This document shows positions 25,801-37,600 of a stretch of 64,000 nt of DNA, in pieces. The DNA is taken from the NCBI GenBank assembly GCA_002269645.1, contig NIVC01000230.1, forward strand, positions 372,001 to 436,000. Reading direction: 5' to 3'. This DNA comes from Macrostomum lignano. Lineage: Eukaryota. How positions within the stretch are numbered: position 1 is the first letter of the stretch; each line of letters begins with the position of its first letter. The notes beneath the pieces were generated by a model, which ran no database searches, was not told where the DNA came from, and worked only from the letters and a program-made list of their open reading frames with translations. The position numbers and the translations under genes are program-made.

Positions 25801-28800
25801 ATCGTCTCCGACAGAAGGAATCAGGCCTGGCGTGCGGCGCACCTTCTCAGGAACGTCTTCAACTCTGCTGCAAGAGACAGCCTGAAGGTGCGCCTCTTCC
25901 GCGCTGCCGTTGAGCCTATCCTTCTGTACGGCATGGAAGCAGTGCCGATGACCGCCACGCGAGAGAAAGCCCTGGACGCGCTGTACAGGTCCCTGCTGCG
26001 CCACGCCCTGGGCGTGCACTACCCGGAGAGGCTGCCGTCCAGAGACCTGATGGTTCGCGCCGGCGTCCCAGCCCTGAGCGTCACCCTGCGCCGGCGCCGC
26101 CAGATGCTGCTGGGCCACTGTCTGAGGAGCCACGGTCGCGGCGAGCGAAACCCGCTTGCGCTGGTCCTCCTGCACCAACCGACCGAGCGGCTGCGCCGCG
26201 GCCAAGGAAGAACTGTGACGCTAATTACCACTCTGTTGGCTGACTTGCAGGCTATCGGACTTGATCCCCAGTCCGCCATGGCCTGCCCCTCCCGACTGTT
26301 CTGCGAGCGCGTGCGCGCAAAAGCTATCTAACTTTTTGCGTCTATATATATATATATAGGCGATTTTCTACATATATAGGCGATTTTCTATTTATATAGG
26401 CGATTTTATATTTATATAGGCGATTTTCTATTTATATAGGCGATTTTCTATTTATATAGGCGATTTTATATTTATATAGGCGATTTTCTACATATATAGG
26501 CGATTTTCTATTTATATAGGCGATTTTCTATTTATATAGGCGATTTTCTATTTATATAGGCGATTTTCTATTTATATAGGCGATTTTATATTTATATAGG
26601 CGATTTTCTATTTATATAGGCGATTTTCTACATTTATAGGCGATTTTATATTTATATAGGCGATTTTCTATTTATATAGGCGATTTTATATTTATATAGG
26701 CGATTTTATATTTATATAGGCGATTTTCTACATATATAGGCGATTTTCTATTTATATAGGCGATTTTCTATTTATATAGGCGATTTTATATTTATATAGG
26801 CGATTTTATATTCATATAGGCGATTTTCTATTTATATAGGCGATTTTCTACATATATAGGCGATTTTCTATTTATATAGGCGATTTTCTATTCATATAGA
26901 CGATTTTATATTTATATAGCGTTCAAATTTGTACACACACAGACAGAGTTTTGATTTTTATAGGTAGAGAGAGGCGATTTTCGTTTTATATAGGCGATTT
27001 TCTATTTATTTAGGCGATTTTCTATTTATATAGGCGATGTTCGTTTTATATAGGCGATTTTATATTTATATAGGCGATTTTATATTTATATAGGCGGTTT
27101 TATATTTATATAGGCGGTTTTATATTTATATAGGCGGTTTTATATTTATATAGGCGGTTTTATATTTATATAGGCGGTTTTATATTTATATAGGCGATTT
27201 TTTATATTTATATAGGCGGTTTTATATTTATATAGGCGGTTTTATATTATTATAGGCGATTTTTATATTTATATGGGCGAAATTCTATTTATATAGGCGA
27301 TATTGTACATATATAGGCGATTTTCTTTTTATATAGGCGATTTTTATATTTATATAGGCGATTTTCTACATATACAGGCGATTTTCTTTTTATATAGGCG
27401 ATTTTCTATTCATAGAGGCGATTTTCTACATATACGCGATTTCTACATATATGGCGATTTTCCACACGCAATCCTCTAGGGCTGCACAGACGACACTCTA
27501 CAGTCTCCAGTTCCCCAACCAACCTGGATATCACAGCGAACAGCTGCGCCAGTGGCAGCCCGCCGCCAGTCCTAGTTGCCGCTCTGTCCAGAACTCGCCT
27601 AACAAATTCCACGGCCTTGAACTCGGCTGCTGGCATTGACGCTGAGCAGGCTGTCGAGCTCACGCTACCAGTATCATCGAACGCTTCGTCGTTATAATTC
27701 GATTCGGCAGGCGTCCCCGGCAGCGAGTTGGCGAATGTGTCGTCCATGCTGCCGCCAAGAAAACCGCCGCCGCCGCCGCCTTGCGCCCGACCGGATTTCG
27801 ACAGCATACTGCGGGGTCGGCTGGTGCGAGCGGAGTGCGTGTGACGCAATCTGGAACCGGATGAAGAAGACAATGACTGCTGCTGCTGCTGGGACTGCTT
27901 CTCCTGCTGCCTGGTTGTCACGGCAGCGAACGTGTCCCGCAGGCCAACCAGTTCGCCTTGGATTTCAAACACGTGCCGATGCTTGGCTAGAAATTTAGCG
28001 AAATCTGACTGCGGCCCCACTACTGAACGAACTTCGGCCGGGGCCTGGCTGAGGTGGCCGGCCAGACTCTTTATTGGCACCCAGCGGTCCTCGCGGCGGC
28101 GGCCGAGGCGGCTCTGCGAAGTTGAAAGAGAGAAGAAATGATAAAAAATTGCCTTGCATAAAACGTCATAAAACGAGATATCACGGCACAAGTTCGTCGC
28201 CTAAAAATTCGTCAAAGAGTCGCTCTAGGGGAAATTTGAAGCGTTTTATTGTTTGAGCTATAGCCATGGGCCCTCTGAGGTAATGGCTATTGTTCGCTAG
28301 GCATATCTAACTTTAAGGTAAAAAAAAGTCAGTGAGAAATGCCCATTTTGCCTCTCCGGTGCTGAGAATGCACAGAACTTCACCTGCAATTGCTTTGCTT
28401 TTACTCGGGAGAGGCTGGCCTACACTTCAGCCAAGTCTCCGGATCTTTCCGACGTTTTCAGGCTTGAGAATCTCGGCTAGCTCGTCCGCTACCTAAGGGC
28501 TACCGGGTGAGAGACGCCAGGGATCAGCGGACTGGGCGACGACGCCCCCCCCCCCTGCATCCGGATGCGTGGAGCCCCCCTGCAGCTGAGTTACGCAGGG
28601 AGAATTGAATGCTGATGAGGAATGGCAGATGCTGAGTTGCCAGGAATACTCAGAAGCACTCTGTTCTCCCTCATCCCTAATCTAACCTCACGCACTCTGC
28701 TCTCCCACATCCCTAATCTAACCTCACGCACTCTGCTCTCCTTCATCCCTAATCTAATCTCAATCACTCTGCTCTCCCACATCCCTAATCTAACCTCACG

Positions 28801-29795
28801 CACTCTGCTCTCCCTCATCCCTAATCTAACCTCACGCAGTCTGCTCTCCCACATCCCTAATCTAACCTCACGCACTCTGTTCTCCCTCATCCCTAATCTA
28901 ACCTCACGCAGTCTGCTCTCCCACATCCCTAATCTAACCTCACGCACTCTGCTCTCCCTCATCCCTAATCTAACCTCACGCAGTCTGCTCTCCCACATCC
29001 CTAATCTAACCTCACGCACTCTGTTCTCCCTCATCCCTAATCTAACCTCATGTACTCTGCTCTCCCACATCCCTAATCTAACCTCACGCACTCTGTTCTC
29101 CCTCATCCCTAATCTAACCTCATGCACTCTGCTCTCCCTCATCCCTAATCTAATCTCATGCACCCTGCTCTCCCCTATCCAGTATAATCTCAGACACTCT
29201 TGCGTGATGTACGAGATTCATTAAGGCAAATCTCTATCGATCATTCATTCACACACTTTTTGGTTTCACAAATGAGTGCAACAATTACTAAAATACAATT
29301 AAGTGCTAGGCACACCTGAAAGAATCTGACAGCTTCGCTCTCCCTAGCAACCTCCATCATAACGCTGGCGGACAGAGTTGATGACGAGCAGGAGGACATT
29401 GATAGCCTATCGAAACCATTGGTCAACTCGCCGCTGTCAGCAGATCCAGCACCTGGCGGTGAATTGGACTGCGGTGGCACTGAAGAGGGCACCTCGGGAT
29501 TGCTCTGATTGAGTCGATGATCAGTGTCAAGTCCAGCTGGCCCAACGCTGCCTACTGCAGATGCCATATCGTCATGGAGCCGGAATAGGGCTGGGTGCCG
29601 CTGTAGAAAAGCTCGCATGCCGCCAGCCTGGTCAATTGCTGTTGCGGCTTCTGCACCACCGCCTGGTCTGTGTAAAAGTTTCTGAGTTAGAACAGGCAAT
29701 GGCAGTCCGCGTGGGGGCGCATTCATCAGCAGCTCTAGAAGGTGTAACATGGCCCGATGCTGCGGTGACCCATTTGTGTCAAATGAACTCAGCAT
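22816..29795 (-). CDS. Egalitarian-like RNA-binding protein (three Egl-type winged-helix repeats, cold-shock/OB-like domain, C-terminal TQT motif), 4 exons, about 646 aa
   Basis: Exons 29795-29316, 28113-27524, 24702-24342 and 23325-22816 have GT-AG sites and consistent phases (1941 nt). VPIKSLAGHLSQAPAEVRSVVG...FAKFLAKHRHVF resembles my recollection of Drosophila Egl repeat 2. GGMRAFLQRHPALF resembles repeat 1. GRVFHCAKLWGIIDLGRHEHVFFDRSIF...VYFNA...KWRATQVW is CSD-like. The start codon is uncertain. Confidence 0.8.
23395..24318. repeat. 28-bp minisatellite, about 33 copies (Egl-like intron 3)
   Basis: Unit GCTGGCCCAGCAACTGAGGATCTGGGAG. Confidence 0.95.
24712..27460. repeat. 20-bp AT-rich minisatellite (Egl-like intron 2), split by a LINE insertion
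   Basis: Unit GGCGATTTTCTATTTATATA on both sides of 25248-26358. Confidence 0.93.
25248..26358 (+). mobile_element. 5'-truncated non-LTR retrotransposon (RTE-group-like RT) with a (TA)n tail
   Basis: Open frame 25249-26331 carries VDFRKAFDSV, GVLQGDTLAP, LAYADDIAL, FRYLGS and LLYGMEA. The stop is followed by an 11-nt 3' UTR and (TA)8. The clade assignment is tentative. Confidence 0.88.
28660..29170. repeat. 36-bp minisatellite with alternating variants (Egl-like intron 1)
   Basis: Unit CCCTAATCTAACCTCACGCACTCTGCTCTCCC(A/T)CAT. Confidence 0.93.
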
Positions 29796-32084
29796 AGTAG
29801 TGAGGAGTTTAGGCTGACCCAATAAGCAGCATGCAATAAAAGTGTTTTTTTAGTATTGACATTTGTAATATTAGTCAAAATAATTCAAATAACTACAATG
29901 AATTATAAATAAGCAAAAATTACTCAATCTAGTTTGTCATTTTAATCCATCAACCTATTAATTTAACAATTATAAACTAAATTTATTAAATTAGCTTATT
30001 TTCTTAATAAATCTAAATCTTTGAGCATTTAAAGTTGAAAGAATATTTTATATAGAGTCTTGATAAGGAATATTTTCCCTAAATTTTGACACTTATATGT
30101 TAAATCATACTTACTAGGTTTTTTATGCCAAATGGTTGCTATGGCATCTTAAAATTTTATTTGGCACCCTGAATTTGGACCCATAGTGCCAAAATGGCAC
30201 CACAAATTTTTAAGCCTAGTGCCAAAAAAATTAATGTATTTTTATGATACAGATGAAATCATTGAAGTGAAGTATATGTAGCTATGTAGGTATTGTCTTA
30301 TCTCAACTCTTGTATATGAAAAAATGAGGAAAGGATGAAGGTTGCTCAATAACTTTTTTTGGTATTGACAATAAGCAGGTCTTATATAGCTAAATGAGTA
30401 AGCAATATAAAAAACTAAGTTTTTATTATGGTCCCATTTATGAATATGGACTGAATGGACATTTCTGCGAAGTGCGAATTAAGACAAATCCGCCAAATTT
30501 ATATCGATTTAATAATTACAATTATCAGCAAATTCTATTCCATACCATCTCTAGGCAATCGCAAAATATTGTTTTGCTTGCTAGGCTATTATTTATTATT
30601 TTGTCCCTAACTATTCCAGAGGTTGGAATTGTCTAGAAATGCAAATGAAATATATTATTATTATTATTGTATCGAACTACGACTGTAACGTACTAAACAC
30701 TGATGAAATGTTAGTGTCTAATAAAATTTTCGACGCTTTGTGCTAAAACAGTAAAATAATATACTTTAGCCATCAAAGTGTTAAAAGAAAATTTAACGTT
30801 GAAATATGATGAAAATATTCTATTAAACGTAATGAGTCACGTCGAGACAAGGAGCTAATCTGGACTGAATCAGTTGATCAACAACCCAAGAAAATCGATA
30901 TTTCCCTTCTATTTTGAATTGAATAACTATTCATTCGCACATTTACTTTTTATGGTACCAGTTGTGATGTAGGAACACTTTTAGAACTTTAATTTTAAGA
31001 AAAGAAAATAAGAACCAATTGACCGAATTTAGGCATGACAATAGACTAGTTAACTAGTATTCAATGGCCTGTTGAGTGAGTATAAAAAACAGTACACAGT
31101 AAATAGGATAGTCTATCCTGCATGGTACCATTTCTATGTGCTTATGGTTCAGCAACTTGGCTATATTTCTTGTTCTTACCATTGCCTTGTGACTGCAATC
31201 AACTGGCAGCAGTATAGACTATAATTGGCTACCTAAAATACAGATAATGCCTATTAGATCGGCTAGTTTCTGCTTGATAACTCAGTTTGTCCTTCATAAA
31301 GCTAGTGGCCTAGGCTGCATTAGTTGACTAGCTAGTGGCCTGGATTCCATTCCATTTATGTCTTCCAAAATTGTCTGAACCAGTCATTGATTCAGTTAGA
31401 GCAAATAGTAAAAAAGGAAAAGCATTTAAATAGCATTTAATAGCATGTGCAAATTTAAATGTCAAGTTCTTTGCATAAAGTTAAATGCTTTTTACCTGCA
31501 AAAGGCCCTGGATATAAAGGTTCTTTTTTCAAGCACACTGGAAAGCCTTATATTTTTGTTCTTATGCAGTGTCCCAATAATGTTTGAGTATTGATTTGGT
31601 TGCCACAAACCATGGCATATGATAGTTGTGCATAAGCTGCCTTGCTTTTAGATAGTTAAGGCAATAATGTGGATCTGATGGCTATGGCTCCCTGATAGAT
31701 TAGCCATCTTAGTATTGATTATTGCCTTTCCTCTTAGATGTATCCTTGACCTTGGCTAGCCTGCATAGGCTGATTGGTCCTAGCCATCAAGACTAAAAAT
31801 GCTATGAATGGAAGAGTTGTTAGCATTAAAAGAGATATTAGACAAGGAATTAATTATTTTATGAATATCTGATTTCAGTATGAAGTAAAATTCAATGAAT
31901 GGGTTTCATTAAGTGGCTTTGTGATAATGGCTATAATGTCTACCATTTCAAATCTGCACTTGTCTATAATTCTATATTTGTGTTTCATTTAAAAAGCAAT
32001 GGGTTTATGGTCACTAGTCTCTTACTATTTGACTGGCCAGGCTGAGGTGTTGACTTTGTTATTGTCTACTTTTTGTTGTTGCTG

Positions 32085-33660
32085 TGTGTATGTGTATGTG
32101 TGTGTGTGTGTGTATGTGTATTGTGTATATGCCACCGGTGCAGTCTAATATTCTGCGAATCTGGTAAGGAACCAATTCCAGTAAGCAAGCGCGCTTGGCT
32201 CCTTGGCCCACAAGTCGGTGGCGTTGCCAATACCGAGCTGCTGCCTGCACGTCCAGGTGGCTGGGCAGTCACAGAGGTGGTCGACCATTTCCGGCTCCAG
32301 TTTGCAGGCCCGACACAGCCTATCGTCGGCGCGTCTGATGTGCAGGTTGTAAGCTTGAAGTTGGATTGAGTGGCTGGAGCGGAAGTGGCGCAGGCTCAGC
32401 GCTTTGGTACGATTTCCGAAGCTCGCTCGCTGCACCTTGGCTTCCCTGCCGTAGGTCTTGTGGCTCTGGTCGTGCGTGAACCTTCTCGGTAGTTGCCTCT
32501 GGAGGACTCTACTCATGATGCTGGCGCCAACCGGCATGTTGTCCTGTGGCATGGCTGCGGCTTCACCAGCTGCCTTAGCTGCTTCATTTCCGGGGAGGCC
32601 GCAGTGAGCTGGTATCCAGATCATAGCCACCTTGCGGCTGCACTCCCCGAGGTGTGCCAGCAGGTGCCGGATTTTAATGGCGGCCGGCATCCGGGATTCG
32701 CCTGTGATGGCTTGCAGCGCGCTGCGGCTGTCAGTGGCTATATGGGCATGGTGCCATGGTTTGTCCAGTTTGCACAGCCAGTCAATAGCCGCCAGCAGGG
32801 CGACTAGCTCGGCAGCGGTTGAGGAGCAGGGCTGCCCCGCTGGAATGGGCAGTGTGGTGATATTGTCAGAGAGTGCAACAGTGAGTGGCGGCGTGACCTT
32901 GTCAATGAGGATGCCAGCCCCTCCGCTGCCATCTTTGAGAACTGCTCCGTCGGTGTAAATGATGAAATCCGGTTGTGAGATAACATCAAGCAGGCGGGAC
33001 CTCGCGAGCGCGCAATTGGCCTCAGTGGTCTCTGCCCTTTCTGCTTCGGCTTGGATAGAGGCATACATGCGCAACTGCTGGCCGACCTGGCCGATCTGGC
33101 CACCGTAAATTGTGGTGGACCAGGGGTAAGTCGCAAAAATTCCCAGCCTGAAGAATACAGACATAGTACTAATTAGATGACGAGGCATTTATACCTTATA
33201 AGACAGTCATAGTTACTCCTGCCGTTTACCCAAAATTGCGTTAGGGTTTATTTTACAGGTAAGTCACATTTTTGGTCAAAAAGTAAGTCGCATGGCCAGT
33301 GTAAATCAGGGGGGTTGCGCATGTATGGATAGGGGCGAACTGCCACTTGCGCCAAGGCGGGATGGGTGGGGCGTTGGGCAGCCAGTTTTTGTGCAGCAGC
33401 CCTTCCTCCTCCAACAGTTTCCGCGCCTGGATCCTCTAGCCAGTTCTACGGAGCCATTGACAGAGCGTCTGCCTGGCAATGTAACCACGGTGCGACTGTT
33501 CCGGCTTGCGGAGCCAGCGATCTAGCTTTGCTGCCCATGTGAGACGGCACAGGATCTCAAGCTCAGGGAGCTCCGCTTCGCACATGAGGGCATTGACCAG
33601 CGTAGTGGCTAGGAGACCTGTGATAATGCGGCAGGTGTGGCGCTGCAGTGTGTTGTTGCT
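32085..33660 (-). mobile_element. Degenerate 5'-truncated I-group LINE (connection domain, RNase H, Cys/His knuckle) with a (CA)n tail
   Basis: LQRHTCRIITGLLATTLVNALMCEAELP, then IYTDGAV, STAAELVAL, TDSRSAL, WIPAHCGLPGNE and CRACKLEPEMVDHLCDCP. In-frame TAG near 33437 and a 147-bp insertion. The last RNase H Asp is missing. Confidence 0.85.
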
Positions 33661-34665
33661 GCTGTCTTCCTCAGGCTTTGAATTAGACTCAATCAGAATC
33701 TAATGATATGTTCTGACATAACAATGAAATTGTATTTCTTTGACTCTTAACTCTGGTTCAAATGAAAATGAAATCAATCATCTTAGCAATGTAAATTAAT
33801 CAATATAAATCAAATTTATTATGTCAGCATGCTGAATATGTAAGAGTATCTAATGCCCTAATGGAATTATCAATCATATCTAATTGTTCTGATATATAGC
33901 AGTTAAACAAAAACTGTGTACTTCTTTCAAGATTATCATATTTAAAGAAGTACTTATTTAATAAGAGTTAAATCTTTTCATTTTATTTATTTTAAGAAAA
34001 TATATCATGTGCATTTTAATGTCATTATGAAATATTCCAAAAATAAAAGAAATGCCATGTCACATTTAATGCAACTGAATTTACTTATTTAGTCATTGAC
34101 AACCACATATACATATATAGTATCAATATTGTAAGTGTCTTATGTATTTTAGTGATTGGTACATGTTTATTATTATCATTGAAAGTTATTGGACTAGAAA
34201 ATTATATTGTATGGCATTGGCTTAATGGGAATGACAATTGTGTACTATTGTGCACACAGTATTAGACTGTTTATGGACCTTGTTGCATGCAACAATTTTT
34301 CTCAAAAAAATATCTCCAGGAGCATGGGCAGCTATGAGATACTACATAGAAAAAAACTTAGGTTTATGTTAAAATTTATTCCAAATTCCAATTTAAAATA
34401 TTACTTCAGCCTGACAACCAATAGATAAAAATAAGTAATACTTTTTCTAAAATGTAGTTTACTCAAATAGCTGTAACTGTAGCATAAGTCTATTTTTATT
34501 GGTCAAAATGGACAAAACAATAACTTAGAAATAATTCTACATTGGCAAACAATGTTTAGGTCTTGGCCAATGGGTTGTGTTATTTAAACTTGAAATAGTA
34601 TTTAAATTATAAACTGAATTGTTTTTTATTGCATGTTTGATTAGTGCTTTTTTAAAAGACATAAA

Positions 34666-37600
34666 ATGTCTGGAAATGACCAGCCAAGCGACCAAGATAT
34701 GGACGAAGTTGTTTCTAATTCGGCTGCATTAGACAATAGCTCTGATTCTTCATCATCTGAAGTGTCAAATGATGACACAGGCCTAAGCAATGCGACTTGC
34801 GTTCAAGATCTGTTCGAACACTATCTACTTAAGCAAGAATCGTTTGGATCTCAATCAGTTCTCTATTGCATCCCGTGTTTTGAAGGTAGCAGAGCTGCTC
34901 GATCATTTTCCAAGCTCTCCGTGCTGGATGTGCAGCGCTTGCTGTAAGTCAGAGATGCTAGATTTTAACTGTTGATATTAAGAGAGAGATGACAAAGTGA
35001 GCCAAGATGCGGGAAAATAGGCCTGTCAAGCAACATGTAGATAGGCAGGTACAAACACAGGCAGAGAACAGATCCAAACAGGAATTAGATACAAATTAAC
35101 AAAGACGTACAGGTGCAGACAGGTATAATACAGGTACAAAAACGGACAGATGGACAGGTACAAAGACAGGCAGATGGACAGGTATAGAGACGGATAAATG
35201 GACAGGTATAGAGACGGGTAGATGGACAGGTACAAAGACAGGCAGATGGACAGGTACAAAAACGGACAGATGGACAGGTACAAAGACAGGCAGATGGATA
35301 GGTACAAAGGCAGATGGACAGGTACAAAGACAGGCAGATAGACAGGTACAACGACAGGCAGATAGACAGGTACAAAGACAGGCAGATGGACAGGTACAAA
35401 GACATGCAGATGGACAGGTACAAAAACGGGCAGATGGACAGGTACAAAGACGGGCAGATGGACAGGTACAGAGATGGGCAGATGGACAGGTACGTACAGA
35501 CAGGCAGATGGACAGGTATAAAGACAGGTAGATGGACAGGTACGAAGATGGGCAGATGGACAGGTACAAAGACGGGCAGATGGACAGGTACAAAGACAGG
35601 CAGATAGGCAGGTACAAAGACAGGCAGATAGGCAGGTACAAAGACAGGCAGATGGACAGGTACAAAGACAGGCAGATGGACAGGTACAAAGACAGGCAGA
35701 TGGATAGGTACAAAGACAGGCAGATAGGCAGGTACAAAGACAGGCAGATGGACAGGTACAAAGACAGGCAGATGGACAGGTACAAAGACAGGCAGATGGA
35801 CAGGTACAAAGACAGGCAGATGGACAGGTACAAAGACAGGCAGATGGACAGGTACAAAGACAGGCAGATGGACAGGTACAAAGACAGGCAGATGGACAGG
35901 TACAAAGACAGGCAGATGGATAGGTACAAAGACAGGCAGATAGGCAGGTACAAAGACAGGCAGATGGACAGGTACAAAGACAGGCAGATGGACAGGTACA
36001 AAGACAAGCAGATGGACAGGTACAAAGACAAGCAGATGGACAGGTACAAAGACAGGCAGATGGACAGGTACAACAACAGAGCGATGGGCTGACCCAACAC
36101 GTTAACAGACAGGTAGAAAAAAATCGCCAGACAGAAAGACAAATTAATCGAACACAAACCCCCAAAATTTTAGCAACCCATCGTCCAAGGGCAATCTATC
36201 AACTGGCCTGCTGATGACAAAAGACGATGAAAGTGCCCTGAACAATGATGACGCTGCCTTGAGTCAGTTTCGTCAATATGTAGTTTCCCATCTGTCTGGC
36301 AGCAATGGTGATGATCACGCCAAGGCATTGGAGAATTACACAGCCAAACAGCTGCTCAAGCGGCGCAACACCGGATTCGTTCAGGGCCTGTTTCGAGCAG
36401 CTCTTCTAGAAATTGAGAGTCCACGCTCCATGTCCACGTTTAAAAGCATAGTTAAGCTTATCTTCACTACAATGCAGAGTCGCATTGTCGGTATTGAGTA
36501 AGTGTGCTGATTACATATCTATGTACCTGTGTGTTTACATCTATCTGCCTGTGTATTTGCATATCTATCTACCTGTGTATGTACATCTTTATCTACCTGT
36601 GTATGTACATATCTATCTACCTGTGTATGTACATCTTTATCTACCTGTGTATGTACATCTCTATCTACCTGTGTATGTAAATCTCTATCTACCTGTGTAT
36701 GTACATCTCTATCTACCTGTGTATGTACATCTCTATCTACCTGTGTATGTACATCTTTATCTACCTGTGTATGTTCACCTCTATCTACCTGTGTATGTAA
36801 ATCTCTGTCTACCTGTGTATGTACATCTCTATATACCTGTGTATGTACATCTCTATCTACCTGTGTATGTACATCTCTATCTACCTGTGTATGTAAATCT
36901 CTATCTACCTGTGTATGTACATCTCTATCTACCTGTGTATGTACATCTCTATCTACCTGTGTATGTACATCTATCTACCTGTGTATGTACATCTTTATCT
37001 ACCTGTGTATGTACATCTCTATCTACCTGTGTATGTAAATCTCTATCTACCTGTGTATGTACATCTCTATCTACCTGTGTATGTACATCTCTATCTACCT
37101 GTGTATGTACATCTATCTACCTGTGTATGTACATCTTTATCTACCTGTGTATGTTCACCTCTATATACCTGTGTATGTAAATCTCTATCTACCTGTGTAT
37201 GCACATCTCTGTCTACCTGTGTATGTACATCTCTACCTGTGTATGCACATCTCTGTCTACCTGTGTATTTGCATCTCTATCTATCTGTTTATTTACATCT
37301 CTATCTACCTGTGTATGTACATTTCTACATACATAGCTACATCTTTACATAGCTTCATGATATCTACCTGTTTATCTGTCTGTAATCCTCCCCCATTGCT
37401 TATATTTTGCAGCACAAACTTCATCGAGCTGTGCAATATCCTCAGCGCCTGTCTGGCCTCACACAGCCGCGACAACATTCGCCGAGTGCTGCCGTCAACA
37501 GGCGAATCGGCTCTGTTCACGGTGCTGTGCGATGTCCAACTGATAAGAAGCATGGGCTGCGTGCTGCTAGTAGCCAGAGACAAGAATGGCCAGCCAATCG

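Noticed and set aside
28240-28660. GC-rich segment with a perfect GCATCCGGATGC palindrome and a CTGATGA motif (possible hammerhead)
   Set aside because: No stem II or GAAA core follows CTGATGA. Unassigned, possibly a retroelement UTR remnant.
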